IMG/VR virus record: IMGVR_UViG_3300043781_000019
From: an uncultured virus (IMG/VR IMGVR_UViG_3300043781_000019)
Taxonomy: Duplodnaviria; Heunggongvirae; Uroviricota; Caudoviricetes; Herelleviridae
Direction: 5' to 3' (one strand)
DNA length: 20,000 nucleotides
Program-made: the position numbers and the translations under genes
In this document: positions 15,489 through 20,000 of the stretch, piece after piece
How positions within the stretch are numbered: position 1 is the stretch's first letter
Layout of the letters: the number at the start of each line of letters is the position of its first letter
Notes under the pieces: model-generated
What the model was told of the DNA's origin: nothing
The model's database searches: none
The model's input: the letters and a program-made list of their open reading frames with translations, nothing else

Positions 15489-18400
15489 TACTTAATCACC
15501 ACATCACCTGTTGGATAGTCATCTTGGGTCGTAAATGTAAAAGTCCCATGATAATTATTTGTATTACCTAAGCTTGGAAACATATACCAGCCACCAGATT
15601 GGGCATAAACAACGGCAACGGCACCTCTAACATCTGTATTACCAATGGCTTGTGCCCAAATCCTACCAAATGGTTTATATCCTGGTCGAATATCTGCAAG
15701 CTTTTTCCATGCATTATTATCCTTCATATCAAAATCAAAGCCCACATTAACAATGCTACCATGCCTAAAGTAAGTGATATTGATATTTTTAGCATTAGCC
15801 GTCTCTAGACCAGCATCTACATGATAATAGTCAACTGCATCATGAGCATTAAAAGTGGAAGTGATGTATTTGGCAGAATTACCCAATCCGCTAACTAGGT
15901 CTGTTAGTTCAAGAGTACCCATTGAGATTCTGCTGGTACGCATTTGTGTTGTTCCATCTGTCTGCGTAAGGTATGACAGAAAGCCATCTGGATTTACTTC
16001 AGTATGATATTTTTGACCATTTGGATTACCATTATTATCTTCAATTGTTCCATCAATAGTATATGCAGTTCCGTTTAAAGCTAATTTACCCGTTGATAAT
16101 ATACCAGAACCTTCAATAGGAGCATGTGAGAAAGGTACATTTATTGTTGGCGAGTTAATTACACCACCATTGATAATGCCACCATTTATAGTAGAACCAG
16201 TAATAGTTTTACCAGTAATGTTACCAGCAATAAAGTCACTACCAATAATTAGCTTATTACCACTAATTGTAACTGTACCATTACCATCAACAGAAATACC
16301 AGCAGAAGTACCGCCAATACCTTGTGCAAGGATTGACCAGTTGTTAGCCGTTTGCGTCTGTACAGTTTTAACTGTTTGATTAGTTGCTGCTAAATCGGAT
16401 GTGCTTGCTGTATCTGATTGATAGGGGCCTATTGTTGGAAAGGCAACTAGCATAGGGTGATTAAGCATGAAGTTATATGTATCTCCATGTATCTGTACAG
16501 CTAAGTTCATAGTAACAGCCGTACTAGGTGCTGTAATCCCCTCTAGTTTTAGTATCTGTTTGTCATAAGGGCGCGTCATATCAAACTTAACACCAGGAGA
16601 TGCTACCCGTGTACCACTACTATCAAAAAAGTCAGTTTCAAGAAAAATAGTGTCTGGTAAATTATTTCCTAATGAACCGGTAAAGAATAAAGTCCCTAAG
16701 AAAGAATACTGTTGTCCTGTTATTACATTAATAGGCTTGCTAGACACCCAGCACCAAGTGTTTGCTCCCTTGCCAGTTGCATGTATTCCTAAACTATTTG
16801 AGCCATTATAGCTGTCCCACTGATTACTATTAACACTTATACCTGTATTGGTTGTCCAGCCATCCAAACTTGTAATTTCACTATTATAAACAAGATTCTT
16901 CTGCCCAATATTATTAACTGTTGCTGAGCTAGCATTATCTGCTGGTGCAGGAGACCAGTCTGTTGCTGTATTTCCCTGCTCTAATTTTACTTGTGTTATA
17001 TAGGCCTCTAAAGTATTACCACTACCATTCCTAAAAAGAACACTCTTAGTACCACTAATGGTGGAACTTGCTGTAAAGGTAAAACTGTACTTTTGATATG
17101 TAGAGGTTAAAGCATATTGATGAAAATTATCTGAGGGACCACTTGCTGCAACACCTGGATATATATATACATGCAGAGGACCGCTACCCTTAGCACTAAA
17201 AGAAAATGTGTAAGTATTATTAGCAACAAGACTTGTCAAACTATCATAGTGTAAAAAGTTATCATCTGAACCTGCTTTGTGAGATGGATAATGAGCAACC
17301 CCTGGATAAACATTCTTATCAATGACCACTCCGCTAGACATCTGCCACGATGAAAAGTCTATGGTATTTGGTAACGTGTTAGTGCCACCGACTTGTAAAT
17401 TATTAATCTTACTACTTGCATCATTAGCGGTTGCTGTTACTGCACTTACGGACTGCTTGATGCCATCAGCAGTCTGGTCTATTTCACTAAACTTTTTAGT
17501 GGTTGTAGTCTTGAATCCATTAAGGTCACTCTGTGCAGCGTTAGCAGTCGCTTGAGCTGTGGATGCAGCACTTTGTGCTGTGTTAGCAGTACCTTGCGCT
17601 GCGCTTGCGGCACTAGCCGCGGCACTGGCTGCATTCTTTGCTACATCAGCAATGGCATTTAGTAAACTTGTCCTAGCTGTATAGTAAGCAGAGAATGTTG
17701 ATTTGTACTTATCTCGGTCAACAGCAGTAGTTGTTGTCATATCGGCTAAAATTGGATCAACTAACGTTTCCACAGCCTGTTCATCATTAGTATATGCAGT
17801 TGCATCAACAGAGTACTTTGAGGCCTGATCCAAATCAATAGTCTTGTTAGACTTGATAGTAGCATACTCTTTTGCAAGAGTCTGCTTTTCAATTGGACTA
17901 ATATTCCCATCGTTTGTTAAGGAATCTAGTGAATTCTGTGTTGCATTAGCACTACTCTGAGCCATACTGGCGGCGGAAGCCGCAGCGCTAGCTGCACTAT
18001 TTGCCGTTGTCGCAGATGCTTGGGCTGCATTAGCAGTTGCCTGAGCTGCACTTGCAGCACTAGCTGCACTCGTTGCAGTCGTCTGTGCGTTATTAGCAGA
18101 ACTCTGCGCTGTACTTGCCGCTGCGCTTGCATTATTAGCTGTTGTTGTAACGTCACTTACGGACTGCTTAATGCCATCAGCAGTCTGGTCTATTTCACTA
18201 AACTTCTTTGTGGTTGTGGTCTTGAAGCTGTTTAAGTCACTTTGAGCTGCACTCGCAGCACTTGCGGCATTATTCGCTGTTCCTTGAGCTACGCTTGCAG
18301 CGCTTGCGGCAGCACTTGCCGCATTCTTTGCTACGTCTGCAACCTTATTTAGTAAGTTTGTGCGCTCATTGTAATAAGTAGCAAATGTTGACTTATACTT

Positions 18401-20000
18401 ATCCCTGTCAACGGCTGTATTAGTGGTCATATCATTAAGTATTGGGATAACCATTGTTTCAACGGCCTGTTCAGCATTAGTATAAGCTGTTGCATCAACT
18501 GAATATTTAGTGGCTTGTGCTAAATCAATAGCCTTATTTGACTTAATGGTTGCATACTCTTTTGCAAGTGTCTGCTTTTCTATGGGGCTTATGTTTCCAT
18601 CATCAGTCAAGGTGTCTAAAGATTTTTTAGTTTCGCTTGCAGCAGATGCAGCTGCACTGGCGGCACTAGCTGCGGTAGTGGCTGATGCCTGTGCAGCGTT
18701 AGCAGTTACTTGAGCTGTGGACGCTGCACTTGCAGCACTTGCAGCACTATCTTTAGCTGCATTAGCGGAACTCTGTGCATTGTTAGCTGAACTCTGTGCT
18801 GCACTTGCCGCTGCGCTTGCGTTGTTTGCTGTTGTTGTTACATTAGTTACTGACTGTTTTATTTCATCAGCTGTCTGAGTTATGTCACTGAATTTCTGAG
18901 TGGTTGTTGTCTTGAATCCATTAAGGTCACTCTGCGCAGCATTAGCTGCACTGCTTGCAGCATCAGCTGTCCCTTGCGCTGCGCTTGCGGCACTAGCTGC
19001 GGCACTAGCTGCATTCTTTGCTACGTCAGCAATTGCGTTAAGTAACTGTGTTCTTGCATTATAGTAGGTAGAAAACGTTGATTTATAGCTGTCTCGGTTA
19101 ACAGAAGTGCTAGTTGTCATGTCAGCTAATATTGGGGTAACAAGCGTTTCTACCGCAGTCTCTGCATTAGTGTAACTAATAGAGCTTACAGAATATTTAG
19201 TGGCTTGTGCTAAATCAATAGACTTATTTGACTTAATGGTAGCATACTCTTTTGCAAGTGTCTGTTTTTCTATAGGACTTATGTTTCCATCATCGGTTAA
19301 AGTGTCTAAGGATTCTTGAGTTTTACTTGCAGCAGATGCTGCTGCACTTGCAGCACTAGCTGCACTTGCAGCGCTATCTTTGGCTGCATTAGCAGTCGCT
19401 TGAGCTGTGGATGCTGCACTAGCTGCACTTGCAGCGCTATCTTTAGCTGCATTAGCTGAACTCTGTGCTGTGCTTGCCGCTGCACTTGCGTTGTTTGCTG
19501 TTGTGGTTACTTCGCCTACCTTTGTTGAAATACCATCAACGGTAACTGCAAAGTTAGCATATTTATTTGTAATAACTTCGTTAGCCGTATTGCTAGCATT
19601 ACTAAGAGCCTGATTAGCTGAACTTACTTGTGAATCAATCTTACCCTTAACAGCTTGTAAAAAAGTGTCTCTGCTAGTGTAATAAGCAGTTAGTTTTGCC
19701 CTATAGCTATCAATGTCAACACTAGAACCCTCTGCCTGACCCAATAGGCCATTAATATCATCTTTTAACTGCCCATAGTAGTTGTTAAGTGCTGCTATAT
19801 CAACTCCATACTGGGTTGCAAGAGAGTTATCACTACTGTGGTCACTAGAAATATCTGTAAGAATACCGTTTAGTGCACCAATATCAGTTGATACAAGGTT
19901 TCCATTTGCAAACATGCTATCAATATTGTCTACATTGGTCTTTTTCTTGTTGCCATTTGCATTAATACTTGCACTAACATTTGCCTGTTCATCAGTAAGC
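15488..20000 (-). CDS. Long tail fibre / receptor-binding protein, 5' end outside the window
   Basis: The frame stays open upstream of ATG 19915 to the window edge (LTDEQANVSASINANG...). It has Ala/Ser heptad coiled-coil repeats, two CBM-like modules, G.TI[TN] pentapeptides and a C-terminal RBP head-like domain. Confidence 0.9.
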   Translation of the reverse strand, partial: LTDEQANVSASINANGNKKKTNVDNIDSMFANGNLVSTDIGALNGILTDISSDHSSDNSLATQYGVDIAALNNYYGQLKDDINGLLGQAEGSSVDIDSYRAKLTAYYTSRDTFLQAVKGKIDSQVSSANQALSNASNTANEVITNKYANFAVTVDGISTKVGEVTTTANNASAAASTAQSSANAAKDSAASAASAASTAQATANAAKDSAASAASAASAAASAASKTQESLDTLTDDGNISPIEKQTLAKEYATIKSNKSIDLAQATKYSVSSISYTNAETAVETLVTPILADMTTSTSVNRDSYKSTFSTYYNARTQLLNAIADVAKNAASAAASAASAAQGTADAASSAANAAQSDLNGFKTTTTQKFSDITQTADEIKQSVTNVTTTANNASAAASAAQSSANNAQSSANAAKDSAASAASAASTAQVTANAAQASATTAASAASAAASAASETKKSLDTLTDDGNISPIEKQTLAKEYATIKSNKAIDLAQATKYSVDATAYTNAEQAVETMVIPILNDMTTNTAVDRDKYKSTFATYYNERTNLLNKVADVAKNAASAAASAASVAQGTANNAASAASAAQSDLNSFKTTTTKKFSEIDQTADGIKQSVSDVTTTANNASAAASTAQSSANNAQTTATSAASAASAAQATANAAQASATTANSAASAAASAASMAQSSANATQNSLDSLTNDGNISPIEKQTLAKEYATIKSNKTIDLDQASKYSVDATAYTNDEQAVETLVDPILADMTTTTAVDRDKYKSTFSAYYTARTSLLNAIADVAKNAASAAASAASAAQGTANTAQSAASTAQATANAAQSDLNGFKTTTTKKFSEIDQTADGIKQSVSAVTATANDASSKINNLQVGGTNTLPNTIDFSSWQMSSGVVIDKNVYPGVAHYPSHKAGSDDNFLHYDSLTSLVANNTYTFSFSAKGSGPLHVYIYPGVAASGPSDNFHQYALTSTYQKYSFTFTASSTISGTKSVLFRNGSGNTLEAYITQVKLEQGNTATDWSPAPADNASSATVNNIGQKNLVYNSEITSLDGWTTNTGISVNSNQWDSYNGSNSLGIHATGKGANTWCWVSSKPINVITGQQYSFLGTLFFTGSLGNNLPDTIFLETDFFDSSGTRVASPGVKFDMTRPYDKQILKLEGITAPSTAVTMNLAVQIHGDTYNFMLNHPMLVAFPTIGPYQSDTASTSDLAATNQTVKTVQTQTANNWSILAQGIGGTSAGISVDGNGTVTISGNKLIIGSDFIAGNITGKTITGSTINGGIINGGVINSPTINVPFSHAPIEGSGILSTGKLALNGTAYTIDGTIEDNNGNPNGQKYHTEVNPDGFLSYLTQTDGTTQMRTSRISMGTLELTDLVSGLGNSAKYITSTFNAHDAVDYYHVDAGLETANAKNINITYFRHGSIVNVGFDFDMKDNNAWKKLADIRPGYKPFGRIWAQAIGNTDVRGAVAVVYAQSGGWYMFPSLGNTNNYHGTFTFTTQDDYPTGDVVIK
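17430..19510 (-). repeat. Three tandem 690-bp (230-aa) units with internal 21-bp heptad repeats
   Basis: The anchor tttgcaag[t/a]gtctg recurs at 17871, 18561 and 19251 (spacing 690 and 690). The peptide DGNISPIEKQTLAKEYATIKSNK occurs three times. Confidence 0.95.

Noticed and set aside
1736..18156. Nested alternative-frame minus ORFs 1736-1942, 3696-3890 and 17926-18156
   Set aside because: Fully inside larger conserved genes, with no independent evidence.
17430..19510. Repeat array considered as a CRISPR array or DGR template/variable pair
   Set aside because: The repeats are in-frame coding units without unique spacers. Differences do not appear adenine-specific, and no reverse transcriptase or cas gene is in the window.
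382..19613. All plus-strand ORFs in the track (e.g. 382-660, 10983-11333, 17322-17555, 19407-19613)
   Set aside because: Short shadows antisense to well-supported minus-strand genes, several created by Ala/Ser repeat codons; no recognisable motifs.
19913..19915. ATG 19915 as the fibre start
   Set aside because: No RBS, and the frame is open to the window edge, so the gene starts upstream.

Overview
A gene-dense segment of a large lytic myovirus genome, almost certainly Herelleviridae (SPO1/phage K-like). The host is probably Lactobacillus/Lacticaseibacillus, judged from remembered similarity of the lysis and fibre-tip genes to L. casei-group phages. All credible genes are on the minus strand. 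In transcription order: a 5'-truncated long repetitive tail fibre, a fibre-associated protein, two tiny CD1375-like genes missed by the ORF track, an LL-H-type holin, a signal-peptide GH25/3xLysM endolysin, seven baseplate/tail genes, a small conserved gene, an SF2 helicase, a 240-aa unknown and a 3'-truncated DnaB-like helicase also missed by the track. The most notable points are: (i) a 47-bp intergenic element that overlays a terminator-like hairpin, a sigmaA promoter and a sequestered RBS at the structural/replication boundary; (ii) a siphophage-like fibre-tip plus lysis block inside the myovirus tail module; (iii) cassette-like carbohydrate-binding modules bounded by near-identical 30-bp boxes; (iv) an exact 690-bp repeat period in the fibre; (v) a shared TATATTA putative late-promoter motif. 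No wholly new system is evident. Family assignments come from motif recognition and memory, not database searches.
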